In this document: in pieces, positions 26,124 to 35,901 of the stretch
Numbering within the stretch: the stretch's first letter is position 1
Layout of the letters: every line of letters begins with the position of its first letter
Source: an uncultured bacterium
Lineage (GTDB): Bacteria > Chlamydiota > Chlamydiia > Chlamydiales > SM23-39
Assembly (NCBI GenBank): GCA_964594545.1
Contig: CAZQNB010000004.1
Location: 6,511 to 67,822 of the forward strand
Direction of reading: 5' to 3'
DNA: 61,312 nucleotides
Made by a program: the position numbers and the translations under genes
The notes under the pieces: model-generated
Databases searched by the model: none
Told to the model about the DNA's origin: nothing
The model's input: the letters and a program-made list of their open reading frames with translations, nothing else

Positions 26124-27209
26124 ATGCCTATTGTATGGCGCTATCTACTCCTCGGCTATCTTCGGGTTTTTTCCCTGTCGGTCTGCAGCTTTATCGCCGT
26201 TTTGCTCGTCTCCCGTTTTAAAGAGATCGCGCGGTTTGCAGCGCTCAGCGCAAACCTCCCTAAAACGGTTCTGTTTGTCGCCACCCAAATCCCCCTCATT
26301 ATTCCGATCACCATCCCCTTATCTGCGCTCTTAGCCTCTCTTCTCCTTTTCCAAAGACTCTCTAAATCGTATGAGCTTACCGCTTTTCGAGCCTCAGGAA
26401 TAAGCCTACAGAATCTTTTTTCACCCCTCCTTGCGATGTCGCTACTCCTCTCCACTCTTAATTTTGTCGTCTCTGCCAATATCACCCCCTATTGCAGAAG
26501 GTGTGCAAAAGAGCTCCTCTACTATGAAACATCGGTCAATCCGCTCTTGCTTTTGCAAAGGCAAAATCTAGCCAAAATGAAAGAAAGCTTCATCCAAATG
26601 AAAACAGAGCAAGACGGGCAAGTCGCAAGAGATTTCATTTTAGTTTCCCACAATCAAAGCTCCAACCGTTTATCTCTCATCGCATCGAGGAAACTAACAA
26701 TGAAAAACGAACAGCTCGAAGGAAAGGATGTCGCCATTATTTCCCATTTAAAAGGGGAAAACGACTCTGCGTTTGATCCTTTAATCATTGAAAATGAAGC
26801 GTGGATGTCAACGGACGCCTCTGCCTTGTCCTCTTCATTAAAAAAACACCGCCCTAAGATCGACCCTTCCGCGCTTGAATTTCCTATGTTGCGCATTCAA
26901 AGCAACGAGGGGGGGAAAATCGGCAAAAAAGCGTTTGTTGAAATGCTTCGGAGAATGAGCCTTTCTCTTTCTGTCTTTAGTTTTACTCTCCTCGGGTGTT
27001 CTTTTGGCATTGAACAAGGGAGAAATCCGTCAAAAAAAAACCTCTTCAAAGCCCTTGGATTTACGCTCATTTTGATGCTCAGCTACCTTCTGGGGAAAGA
27101 ATTTAAGGGCAATCCCCTTCTCGCCTCTGCAATCCTTTTTTCTCCTCATCCGATCATCTGGATGGGAAGCTTTCTAAAAATTAGGCAAGTGGCCAAAGGA
27201 ATCTCATGA
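26124..27209 (+). CDS. lptF: LPS export ABC permease LptF (YjgP/YjgQ family)
   Basis: N-terminal IVWRYLLLGYLRVF, a 6-TM layout with a large central loop, and pairing with a second family member through a 4-nt overlap. Confidence 0.75.
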   Translation: MPIVWRYLLLGYLRVFSLSVCSFIAVLLVSRFKEIARFAALSANLPKTVLFVATQIPLIIPITIPLSALLASLLLFQRLSKSYELTAFRASGISLQNLFSPLLAMSLLLSTLNFVVSANITPYCRRCAKELLYYETSVNPLLLLQRQNLAKMKESFIQMKTEQDGQVARDFILVSHNQSSNRLSLIASRKLTMKNEQLEGKDVAIISHLKGENDSAFDPLIIENEAWMSTDASALSSSLKKHRPKIDPSALEFPMLRIQSNEGGKIGKKAFVEMLRRMSLSLSVFSFTLLGCSFGIEQGRNPSKKNLFKALGFTLILMLSYLLGKEFKGNPLLASAILFSPHPIIWMGSFLKIRQVAKGIS

Positions 27210-28261
27210 AACTTTGGGAGCGGTATCTTTTCGGCCTTGTCGCCAAAACATTTCTTTTCCTCCTCGCTTGCATTTTTCTCATCTATACGATCATTGATCT
27301 CTCGATTCACGGTGTTCGCTTTTTTTCTCACGGGGAGATTTTTTGGGTAGATCTGCTCTTCTACTATGTCCACAACTTTGCAAACCACATAGAATTTTTC
27401 TTTCCACTCACCCTTTTGCTCTCTTCTCTCAAAGTGCTTCTCGATCTCAATGCCCATCATGAGCTTGTCGCGCTCCAAATGGCAGGCCTATCGCAAAAAA
27501 AACTGCTCCTCCCCTTTTTTGCTTTTGCCGGGATTTTGACTTTAATCTCGCTTGCCAATTACGAATGGTTTTCTCCTAACTCCCAAGAAATGGCAGACAC
27601 ATTCCGCTCCCAACACAAAAAACGGCACAAAGAACATGCCTCCCGCGTATTTAGCGTGAGCCTTGAAGATGCGACCGAACTTGTCTATCAAGGGATCCAA
27701 GACGGCGAGTTGTTTGACGTTTTTTGGATTAAAAGCAGTAAAGATATTTGGCATATGAAATATCTCAATATCGACGATATTCCAAAGGGGCGCTATATCG
27801 ATCATTTCCAACGAAATTCCAGTAAAAAACTAGAAAAAACCGAAAGCTTTGATCAACTTGCATTCCCCCACCTTATTTTAAACCCCGAATCTTCTATAGA
27901 AACCTTCATCCCCTTTGAAAACAGATCCCTTTCCACCCTTTTTAAACAAGCAGGCAGGAGTTCCTCAGAAAGGGCAAGCGTCTTATGTTATCTCCATTAT
28001 AAACTGGCCACGCCGCTCCTCTCTTTTCTGCTTTTGATCGCAGTGGGGCCGATTGCGATTCGCTATCAACGAGCCAAACCGGTATTTTTAATTGTTGCTC
28101 TTTCTCTTTTTGGTTTGATTGGATTCATGACGATTTTAGATGGGATGTTCATCCTTGGAGAAAACCAAGTCCTCCCAAGTTACCTCACCATCTGGGGCCC
28201 ATTTCTCTTAGGTTTATCTCTTAGCGTGACCACTCCCTCGCCTAAAGGCGAAGGCTTCTAG
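27206..28261 (+). CDS. lptG: LPS export ABC permease LptG (YjgP/YjgQ family); last codons derive from the IS end
   Basis: MKLWERYLFGLVAKTF and the same topology as lptF. The C-terminal PSPKGEGF* overlaps the IS terminal hairpin and the tnpB stop. Confidence 0.75.
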   Translation: MKLWERYLFGLVAKTFLFLLACIFLIYTIIDLSIHGVRFFSHGEIFWVDLLFYYVHNFANHIEFFFPLTLLLSSLKVLLDLNAHHELVALQMAGLSQKKLLLPFFAFAGILTLISLANYEWFSPNSQEMADTFRSQHKKRHKEHASRVFSVSLEDATELVYQGIQDGELFDVFWIKSSKDIWHMKYLNIDDIPKGRYIDHFQRNSSKKLEKTESFDQLAFPHLILNPESSIETFIPFENRSLSTLFKQAGRSSSERASVLCYLHYKLATPLLSFLLLIAVGPIAIRYQRAKPVFLIVALSLFGLIGFMTILDGMFILGENQVLPSYLTIWGPFLLGLSLSVTTPSPKGEGF

Positions 28262-29363
28262 GGATTTCTCCCAAGCCATCTAGTCCGAGGGCTAAAATAT
28301 TTTGCGCTGCGTTGAGATCCCTACTCACTGTGTAACCGCATTGAGAACAAGCGTGATGTCTTTCTGCGAGACTTTTTTCTTCTCGGGATTGACATCGGTT
28401 ACATGTTTGTGTTGTGTAAGCAGGGTTCACCAATCCCAACTTCCTACCAGCTTCTGCCGCTTTGTAGGTAAGGAATTGACGAAACTGATTCCAACTCGCG
28501 TCTGTAATGTTTTTTGCTAGATAAGATCCTTCCACCATTTTCTTGATGTTCAGATCCTCTACGCAAATATATTGATACTGATCAATGATTTTTCTAGATT
28601 CTTTGTGGCAAAAATCCTTTCTTTGGTTTCGGATCTTCTCATGGATTTTTGCAACGGCTTTACCTTTTTTTCGACGTTCTTTAGAGCCTTTTTTTTCTTT
28701 GGCAAATTTTCTTTGCATGACTGCTAAAGCCTTTTGTCCTTTTAGGAAAAATTTAGGATTGGCAATTTCTTGTCCATTAGAAAGCGTAGCAAAATGAGTA
28801 AGCCCGACATCAATGCCGATGGCTTCCTGATTTGAAGGAAGGGGCGTTGTCTTTACTTCACAGGAAAGAGAAAGATCCCACTCCCCTGAGGGAGTTTTTC
28901 TTAAGGTACACGTCTTGATTTCTCCTACGCACTCGCGATGCATCTTGATCCGAATATTGCCAATTTTTGAAAGCCTGATTACTTTACCCACTAAGGCAAA
29001 TCCGCTTTGCGGATAACAAAAGCTGTCATATCTATGGAGCCCTCGAAACCGAGGGAATCCCGGTTTTTCACCGGTTTTGCATCTACGGAAAAATCCCTGA
29101 AATGACTTATCTAAACGATCGACAACATTTTGTAAGACTTGTGAATGAACTTGGGCGAGTGTAGGTCTTTCCTCTTTCAAAAGAGGAAGAAACATGAGTT
29201 GTTGATATTTGGAAAGAGAAACGTCTAAATCGTCATGCGACAATCTGCGCTGCGCAAGCAGTTCATTGTAAAGCCATCTACATTCGGTCAAACAGGCTTC
29301 CAATATCTTTCGTTGACTCTTTGTTGGACAAAGCCTGAATTGAAAAGATTTCCGAACTAACAT
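28242..29363 (-). CDS. tnpB: TnpB (OrfB, RuvC-like RNA-guided nuclease family)
   Basis: FQFRLCPTKSQ N-terminus. RuvC residues present in IGIDVGL, ICVEDLNI and VSRDLNAAQNI. Zinc finger CNRCQS...CSQCGY. Confidence 0.9.
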   Translation of the reverse strand: MLVRKSFQFRLCPTKSQRKILEACLTECRWLYNELLAQRRLSHDDLDVSLSKYQQLMFLPLLKEERPTLAQVHSQVLQNVVDRLDKSFQGFFRRCKTGEKPGFPRFRGLHRYDSFCYPQSGFALVGKVIRLSKIGNIRIKMHRECVGEIKTCTLRKTPSGEWDLSLSCEVKTTPLPSNQEAIGIDVGLTHFATLSNGQEIANPKFFLKGQKALAVMQRKFAKEKKGSKERRKKGKAVAKIHEKIRNQRKDFCHKESRKIIDQYQYICVEDLNIKKMVEGSYLAKNITDASWNQFRQFLTYKAAEAGRKLGLVNPAYTTQTCNRCQSREEKSLAERHHACSQCGYTVSRDLNAAQNILALGLDGLGEIPRSLRL

Positions 29364-29374
29364 AGGGATATGGT

Positions 29375-29806
29375 ATGATTTGGTCTATGAATTTGTCAAA
29401 TGATTTAAGAAGAGGTAGAACATGTGTGTTTCTTATGCACGTGCACTTGGTCTTTGTCACTAAATACCGACGAAAAGTATTCACCAAACAAGTCCTCGAT
29501 GATCTGAGAGGGATTTTCTTAAATGTTTGTAGTGATTTTGAATCTTGTTTGGTTGAATTCGAGGGAGAAGGTGACCACGTACATCTTTTGGTTGAATATC
29601 CTCCAAAGGTGTCTGTCTCGAAATTAGTCAACAGCTTAAAAGGAGTATCCTCGAGACTCATCCGAAAAAAAGACTATCCGAGCATTAGAAATGCGCTATG
29701 GGGAGACAATCTCTGGTCCCCTAGTTACTTTGCCGGGGCTTGCGGAGGCGCTCCTCTTGCTGTAATTCGTCAATACATTGAACAGCAAGCAACCCCTCAA
29801 GCTTAG
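29375..29806 (+). CDS. tnpA: IS200/IS605 Y1 (HUH) transposase TnpA
   Basis: HUH motif GDHVHLLVEYPP, WSPSYFAGACGG, and Tyr helix VIRQYIEQQ. Start possibly ATG 29387. Confidence 0.9.
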   Translation: MIWSMNLSNDLRRGRTCVFLMHVHLVFVTKYRRKVFTKQVLDDLRGIFLNVCSDFESCLVEFEGEGDHVHLLVEYPPKVSVSKLVNSLKGVSSRLIRKKDYPSIRNALWGDNLWSPSYFAGACGGAPLAVIRQYIEQQATPQA

Positions 29807-29901
29807 AGGCGCGATTCATCTCGGCCCTAAAGGACCGAGTTTTCTCGCGTCCAGGGATAAAATCATGGCGAAGAAAAACTCTCTAAGATAGATTTCAAAA
29901 T

Positions 29902-31413
29902 ATGACGAATGCATCATTTAAAGAGCTCAAAGAGCTCTCGACAAAAATCCACACCTACCACTCTGTTTTGGCCCTTCTCCATTGGGATCAAGAGACGCAT
30001 ATGCCTGAAGGAAGCATTACGCCCCGCAGCGAACAAATAGCGCTCCTCTCCACACTGATCCACGAAGAAAAAACAAGCAAACAATATAAACACCTTCTAG
30101 AAAAACTCGTCTCTCTCTCCACAGGAAAACCCAAGGTTAAAGGGCTGTCTAAAGTAGAGCAAGCCATCATTCGAGAATGGAGAAAAGAGTTTATTCGATC
30201 GACGAAACTTCCCACCTCGTTTATTCAAACATTTTCTCAAGTCACTTCAGAAGCAAGTCAAATATGGGCAACTGCCAAAAAAAACAATCAGTTCAAACTC
30301 TTCGCCCCCTTTCTGCAAAAAATCATCGGCCTATGCAGACAAAAAGCAGAAATTCTCGGATTTGCTGAGCACCCATACGACGCTCTTCTCGAAGGCTATG
30401 AACCGTGCATGACGACAAATAAAGTAGGAACAATTTTTTCCGGGCTAAAAAAAGAACTCATCGCTCTTCTTAAAAAAATAGATAAATCCAAACAAATCGA
30501 TGATCGCTTTCTGCATGCAAAGATCAATGATGAAATCCAAGGCAACATAAGCCGGGCGCTTCTCCTTAAACTCCCGATGGAAAAAGAGTACACGCGACTT
30601 GACATTTCATCGCACCCATTTTCGACAGCTCTTCATCCCCACGACAGCAGAATCACGACAAGAATTTTGCCTAAAGCCTTCATGAGCAATATTTTTTCCA
30701 TCCTCCATGAAGCCGGCCATTCCATGTATGAAATGGGGCTCCCTTTAAAACATTGGGGAACGCCGATTTGCGAGGCGGCATCACTCACCGTTCATGAAAG
30801 TCAATCTAGATTTTGGGAGACTCTCATAGGACGAAGCCTCCCCTTTTGGGAAGGATTTTATCCGACCCTTAAAAAACAGCTCCCCACCCATTTAAAAACG
30901 ATTCCGCTAGAGCGTTTTTATCGAGGGATTAACAAAGTAGCGCCCTCTTTTGTCCGCGTAGAGGCAGATGAGGTAACCTATTGTTTACATGTGATTTTGA
31001 GATTTGAAATTGAAAAAGAGTTAATTTCAGGAACGCTTCAAGTGGCAGATCTCCCCGCAAGGTGGAACGCAGGGATGAAAGAGCTTTTTGGAATCACCCC
31101 TCCCAATGATACCCTCGGCTGCCTGCAAGATATCCACTGGTCTCTTGGCGATTTTGGCTATTTCCCCACCTACGCGCTCGGCAACCTCCTCGCCGCGCAA
31201 TTTTTCAAAGCGTTTGAAAAAGATCATCCCGACTGGGAAGAGAATCTAGCTTCAGGAAATCTAGCCTTTGTCAGAGAGTGGCTCAAAACAAACGTCCATC
31301 AGTGGGGCAAAATGTACGACGCCGAGCAGCTTGCTAAAAAAGTGACCGGCAAACCCTTTAGCGAAGATGCCTACTGCGCGTATCTCAAAAACAAATATCA
31401 AGATATTTATTAA
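29902..31413 (+). CDS. M32 family carboxypeptidase (Taq-type)
   Basis: SSHPFS, HEAGHSMYE, HESQSRFWE and VRVEADEVTY motifs. Confidence 0.9.
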   Translation: MTNASFKELKELSTKIHTYHSVLALLHWDQETHMPEGSITPRSEQIALLSTLIHEEKTSKQYKHLLEKLVSLSTGKPKVKGLSKVEQAIIREWRKEFIRSTKLPTSFIQTFSQVTSEASQIWATAKKNNQFKLFAPFLQKIIGLCRQKAEILGFAEHPYDALLEGYEPCMTTNKVGTIFSGLKKELIALLKKIDKSKQIDDRFLHAKINDEIQGNISRALLLKLPMEKEYTRLDISSHPFSTALHPHDSRITTRILPKAFMSNIFSILHEAGHSMYEMGLPLKHWGTPICEAASLTVHESQSRFWETLIGRSLPFWEGFYPTLKKQLPTHLKTIPLERFYRGINKVAPSFVRVEADEVTYCLHVILRFEIEKELISGTLQVADLPARWNAGMKELFGITPPNDTLGCLQDIHWSLGDFGYFPTYALGNLLAAQFFKAFEKDHPDWEENLASGNLAFVREWLKTNVHQWGKMYDAEQLAKKVTGKPFSEDAYCAYLKNKYQDIY

Positions 31414-31473
31414 ACACCACTTGAACTCAATACCTTAAACCTGTATACTCGCAACCCTTTTATCCCTATAAAG

Positions 31474-32337
31474 GTGCCCCCCATGACAATTGCAAGACAC
31501 GACTTTCGAACAGTTCCCCTTAGCGGAGAAGCCTATGAATTCATAACTGAATTTTTCGATACTGAGAACCGCTCTCATTCCGAAATAACTGTTGTATTTA
31601 ATCGATCAAGAGACTTCCGTGAAGGAACAATTGTAGATATCTATTCTCAGAACGGAAAATGCGACGAAACGGATCCTCTCGAACTTTTAGGCAACGGCCC
31701 CTCACATCTTTTTAGCCAACATGATATAAGAGGTCTCAATCGCGTGGCTTCGTTATTAACTACACTTGATCCTAATGACCGGACTGTTTTGGTTCTTGAT
31801 CTAAAAGACAGCAATGGTTCCTATATTAATCCAGCTCAAATCGTTAATGCAGAAAAGGTTGTGTGTGAGTATATAGGCAATCCAGATCCTGCGAGAGATC
31901 TAGGCAAAAGAGCAAAACGGGCTCACGAAATTTTTCACAGTACTGTACGTGTCGATCATGTCCTTAAAGAAGGGTCCTTGAAAAATACACTCTTACAATT
32001 TCTGTCCGAGGATCAAGCACAATATTTTCTTTGTAGAGGGGCCGAAGGTCACTCTGCATTTTGCGAGCTTACAGAACCATTTATTAATGCTTTAAAACTA
32101 GGTCACAGCATTCCCCGGGTTCAAGACTCTACTTCATTTTTCTCCCCTATGAAGAGGGAAAAACCCTTTCACCCGGGAACAGTGAGTATTGTCCACTATC
32201 CAGAACAGTATAATGATCTTTATTCTCCTCACTCGCCAATCCCTCGGGCCCTCAGAAACTCTTTCCCCAACTTTAACATGGCAGTAAATGAACTCACAAG
32301 AACTACCTCTATGACAATCGATGAGAATAACACATGA
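31474..32337 (+). CDS. hypothetical protein, translationally coupled to the dapF-like gene
   Basis: 287-aa ORF (likely ATG 31483). ATGA overlap with the downstream gene. No family recognised. Confidence 0.45.
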   Translation: MPPMTIARHDFRTVPLSGEAYEFITEFFDTENRSHSEITVVFNRSRDFREGTIVDIYSQNGKCDETDPLELLGNGPSHLFSQHDIRGLNRVASLLTTLDPNDRTVLVLDLKDSNGSYINPAQIVNAEKVVCEYIGNPDPARDLGKRAKRAHEIFHSTVRVDHVLKEGSLKNTLLQFLSEDQAQYFLCRGAEGHSAFCELTEPFINALKLGHSIPRVQDSTSFFSPMKREKPFHPGTVSIVHYPEQYNDLYSPHSPIPRALRNSFPNFNMAVNELTRTTSMTIDENNT

Positions 32338-33098
32338 AAGAATGCCTAGCAGAAGCGTGCAACAACACCTTTGTCCTTATTGACTGCTTGGATCAAACGC
32401 GTCTGGAAGACAAAGATTTACGATATGCTCATGAGCGTTTAAAGGCAGAAGAAAGAGATGACGCCCTGATTCTTGTCGATGGACGCGTCGAGGGAAACAG
32501 CTTTTCAGCCCAAATGGTTGTGCTCGGTCTTGACGGCGCTCTTGGAGAATACTGCGGTAACGGCGCAAGAGCTTGCGCCGCATATCTTTTTGCCCATTAC
32601 GGATCGTATGGCAAATTATTCTTAAGAACAGGAAATTTTTACCATCGGTTATCTCAATTAGGGAAAGATCAATTTTCTGTCACCTTGCCCCCTGTCCGCT
32701 TTGCTTTAAACCCTAAATTTATCGCGCCACATACTGAACTTCACTCTTTCGAATATGTCGAAGCAATCGAACCCCATCTTGTCACCCAGAAAGATATGAG
32801 CGATGAAGAACTTCTCTCCATGGGGAGAAAGTTAAATGGTCAAAAAGATCTCTTCCCCCTCGGCATCAATGTCAACGCGTGGCATTATTTGGCACCAAAC
32901 GCCATCACCGTAAAAACCTATGAAAGAGGCGTCCAAAGACTCACAAAATCTTGCGGAACCGGCTCGATTTCCTGCGTCGCCTCATTATTGAAAGCACAAA
33001 ACAAGTTAGGCGCTATCGATGTCATCACGCCTGGAGGGCCTTTAAAAATCATTGTCCGCGAAGATGAAATCGAGCTATGCGGAGAGGGGAAAATCTGA
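32334..33098 (+). CDS. dapF: diaminopimelate epimerase-like protein (short form)
   Basis: Two catalytic-Cys motifs, YCGNGARACAAY and KSCGTGSISC. 254 aa. The N-terminal NNTFVLID takes the place of GNDF. Confidence 0.7.
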   Translation: MKECLAEACNNTFVLIDCLDQTRLEDKDLRYAHERLKAEERDDALILVDGRVEGNSFSAQMVVLGLDGALGEYCGNGARACAAYLFAHYGSYGKLFLRTGNFYHRLSQLGKDQFSVTLPPVRFALNPKFIAPHTELHSFEYVEAIEPHLVTQKDMSDEELLSMGRKLNGQKDLFPLGINVNAWHYLAPNAITVKTYERGVQRLTKSCGTGSISCVASLLKAQNKLGAIDVITPGGPLKIIVREDEIELCGEGKI

Positions 33099-33122
33099 AT
33101 CCCCCCTCTCGTCTCTCGATTT

Positions 33123-33953
33123 TTAAGAATTCTTTTCAGGCATAAACCCCAAACCTTTGGCTTGAGAAGTTTCTTCCTTAGATTTATTTGGATAAAGATC
33201 GAAATCTATCTGACTATAACACGCATGTGGGGCCTGAGATTGCATGGCCCATTCTCTATCTCCATAAGAAAAGTGCCACCATTCTCCGTAAAAAGGGGCA
33301 AATCCTGCTTGCTGGAAAAGATCGAGAAGCAGCATTCGATTGGCAAGCTGCGCCTTAGAAATTTCCTCTGAAAAGGTCACGATTTTATTCGGCTGATCGA
33401 AATCAAAAATTTTACCTCCCATATCGAGTTCTTCACCATCCAATACAATCGAAGCATCAACGGCTCCGCCTGTTGGATGTCCCGCCACAGAAGGATGTGC
33501 GATAAATAGATTCACCCTCTCTTCAAACAGAGCTGGAGACTCTCCTTCCTTCTTGATTTTATTACCAATCTCCTCAAAATAGAATTTCTGCACCTGCGGG
33601 TGTCGATACCCATAATAGATCAACAACTTCATCTTCGAATTAAACGCCGTTAATTCTTTTTGCATCGACAAGAGTTTATCCCGAACCAAGGAGCGCACAA
33701 AAATTTGTTTACCTGTATAAGGAAACATATCTTCCATTTTAGAATAGCATACAATCGAAGGCTCTAGTTCATTAAGAGAAACCATAGGGTCCCCATTATC
33801 TCGAACTTCAATCTTTCTAAGTTCTGCTAATGTTGGAATATAGACTTCCTTTTTCCTCTGATTAATAGAAGAACTATTAAATCTTAAAGCCATGAATCCT
33901 CCATTGAAAATGATATTTTGGCATAATCCTCGTCCGACACAATGCATGATCAA
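33123..33953 (-). CDS. M15D D-alanyl-D-alanine dipeptidase (VanX/DdpX-like)
   Basis: LLIYYGYRH, AGHPTGGAVDASI, MGGKIFDFD and GEWWHFSYGD align with the VanX motifs (GYRP, SxHxxGxAxD, EWWH). Start possibly internal (MALRF). Confidence 0.75.
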   Translation of the reverse strand: MIMHCVGRGLCQNIIFNGGFMALRFNSSSINQRKKEVYIPTLAELRKIEVRDNGDPMVSLNELEPSIVCYSKMEDMFPYTGKQIFVRSLVRDKLLSMQKELTAFNSKMKLLIYYGYRHPQVQKFYFEEIGNKIKKEGESPALFEERVNLFIAHPSVAGHPTGGAVDASIVLDGEELDMGGKIFDFDQPNKIVTFSEEISKAQLANRMLLLDLFQQAGFAPFYGEWWHFSYGDREWAMQSQAPHACYSQIDFDLYPNKSKEETSQAKGLGFMPEKNS

Positions 33954-33954
33954 T

Positions 33955-34539
33955 CTATTTTTTTAATTCAGGTTTTGACAAATTCAACTCGTACACTCTT
34001 CGAGGTCCGTTAAATTTTTCTACTTGCTCAAGAAATTGCATTCCTAATTTTTCCAAAATTTTCCAAGATCCCTTGTTCTCAGGATGAGCAGTAGCTACAA
34101 GTCTCTTTACTCTAGGATTTCCCTGCGAATGCAGATCACGCGCATAGCTTGTAAGCCCCTGTGCGATCTCGGTCCCATATCCCTTTCCTTGATGCTCTGA
34201 TTTCAAAATAAATCCAATTTCCACATCTTCGCCAGGACGTTCTTGATCGATGGTGAAAAAATCGGCATGGCCAATAACCTCATCATTATCAGTTCGGGAA
34301 ACTACATAGATCCCAAAAGGAGGAAAATCGCGAAACTGCTGCGTAGCAAACTCGTCAATATACTTAGCTGTTTCTTCTGCTGTCTTTGGTCCACTTTCAA
34401 AATACCGATTCTCTTCCGCCCTTCCATAAAGATTCACGCTATCAGCTAAATCGTTGTTCCCATCAAGAGGACGCATATAAAGTCGTTTCGTCTCTAAAAC
34501 ATTACCTGTTAGAGGTTGTATTACAGCACTCATTTTCAC
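33955..34539 (-). CDS. GNAT family N-acetyltransferase (RimJ/RimL-like)
   Basis: ETKRLYMRPL N-terminus and acetyl-CoA motif HQGKGYGTEIAQGL. Confidence 0.8.
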   Translation of the reverse strand: MKMSAVIQPLTGNVLETKRLYMRPLDGNNDLADSVNLYGRAEENRYFESGPKTAEETAKYIDEFATQQFRDFPPFGIYVVSRTDNDEVIGHADFFTIDQERPGEDVEIGFILKSEHQGKGYGTEIAQGLTSYARDLHSQGNPRVKRLVATAHPENKGSWKILEKLGMQFLEQVEKFNGPRRVYELNLSKPELKK

Positions 34540-35828
34540 TCTCCAATTCTAAAAATTTTTACAATATACAAAGCCCGCGCCCAAATCGCTAACATAAGAG
34601 CAACAATACACCCAAACACAAGGGGTAAGCTCAGAAGAGATTTTGGCACAAACACACCTACGAGGTAGGTTCCCAAAATAGCCACGAGCCCAGTCACAAA
34701 AAGCATAATGGCTGAAGCGTTCGATTTGTCTTTAGCCTCTGACAGTCCTCGAGAGGAGACGTTAGCATACAAAATGGCATCTCCTAGTTGGATTATGGCT
34801 TGAGGAAGAAAAAGAGCCCAGCCACTGATCCAAGAACACTTAAGAAAACCGGTCATAAAGCAAGTGCCTATCAAAATCACCAAAATCCCTACAAAAATCG
34901 CTCGAGCAGAATCCACCCGATTTGCGAGATACGTTGTGAGAAGGGAACCAAAAACAACGCCGAAAGCAGGAACCATCGTGAGCATCCCATATTCTTGAGA
35001 CGAAATACCCATCAGATTGCTTGCGATAAAAGGGGCCTGCTGCGCAAAAATACACACAATAGCCGTGGACAATCCCAGTAAACAGCCCCACAAAACTAAA
35101 GATCGATTTCGGAATTGATCAGCGTAGGCAGAGATGATCCGTTTGACTTGTAAAGCTGCCGGGTCTTTTTTTCCGACCGTTTCCGGGAGAAAAAACAACG
35201 AAAGAATTAAAAGAATCGTAAAAATAAGAAAAAACCAAAACCCCCCTCTCCATCCCCAAAAAGGGGTCAGAAGACCCGCAACGGCAGTCCCAAAAGCCGG
35301 CACAAAAGCAAAAGAAATAGCCCCATAAGAAAACACTTTTGTCGCCTCGGCGCCGGAAAGAAGATCTCCAATCATTGTTTGTCCGATTTTTAAAGCAGCA
35401 GCGCATCCAAAAGCCTGGACAAATCTTCCTAAACACACAAAGAGATAACTTCCCGAGAAGATCGTTAATAACGTGCCGATCACAGAAATACATAGACCCA
35501 GCAACAAAGCCGGTTTACGCCCAAATCGATTGGCCAGAGGACCGTAAGGAAGCCTCCCTAAGGCCGTTCCAAAGAGAAAAAGAGTCATCATCCACTGCGC
35601 TTCAGAGTCTTTCAACTGAAATTCGGCCATCAAGCCGGGAAAAGCCGGCGTAAAAATGACAGCAGCCAACGTCAAAAAAGGGAAAAGGGCCATCAAAATC
35701 AATATTCGAGGAAATCGAACTAAGCCCCCGGAGATAAGCGACAGAGGAACAATCATACTAGCCTGCGTTTTGAATAAATGAGTCTTTTTTCGAAAGAAGA
35801 TTGTAACAGCGCACATCAATCCCCTCAA
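34536..35828 (-). CDS. MFS transporter, Bcr/CflA-like
   Basis: 12-TM profile and GPLANRFGRKPALLLG motif. Start possibly ATG 35756. Confidence 0.8.
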   Translation of the reverse strand: MRGLMCAVTIFFRKKTHLFKTQASMIVPLSLISGGLVRFPRILILMALFPFLTLAAVIFTPAFPGLMAEFQLKDSEAQWMMTLFLFGTALGRLPYGPLANRFGRKPALLLGLCISVIGTLLTIFSGSYLFVCLGRFVQAFGCAAALKIGQTMIGDLLSGAEATKVFSYGAISFAFVPAFGTAVAGLLTPFWGWRGGFWFFLIFTILLILSLFFLPETVGKKDPAALQVKRIISAYADQFRNRSLVLWGCLLGLSTAIVCIFAQQAPFIASNLMGISSQEYGMLTMVPAFGVVFGSLLTTYLANRVDSARAIFVGILVILIGTCFMTGFLKCSWISGWALFLPQAIIQLGDAILYANVSSRGLSEAKDKSNASAIMLFVTGLVAILGTYLVGVFVPKSLLSLPLVFGCIVALMLAIWARALYIVKIFRIGE

Positions 35829-35841
35829 TAAAAATCACAAT

Positions 35842-35869
35842 TTGACATAAATGATTATTTGATTAAAAT
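35842..35869 (+). promoter_or_regulatory. sigma-70-like promoter upstream of the YqcI/YcgG-like gene
   Basis: TTGACA (35842-47), 16-nt spacer, TAAAAT (35864-69). AAGGAG Shine-Dalgarno sequence before ATG 35902. Confidence 0.45.
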
Positions 35870-35901
35870 TCTCTCCCTTCTTCGTTATTAAAGGAGAAAT
35901 T

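Larger units (their letters stand above)
28228..29860 (-). mobile_element. IS200/IS605-family element, IS605-type organisation (divergent tnpA and tnpB); boundaries approximate
   Basis: Both genes are intact. Similar subterminal imperfect hairpins on the same strand: TCGCC-TAAA-GGCGA (28238-28251) and CTCGGCCC-TAAA-GGACCGAG (29820-29839), both containing CCTAAAGG. Confidence 0.8.

Noticed and set aside
29278-29661. 127-aa minus-strand ORF across the tnpB/tnpA starts
   Set aside because: It overlaps both well-supported IS genes and has no family features.
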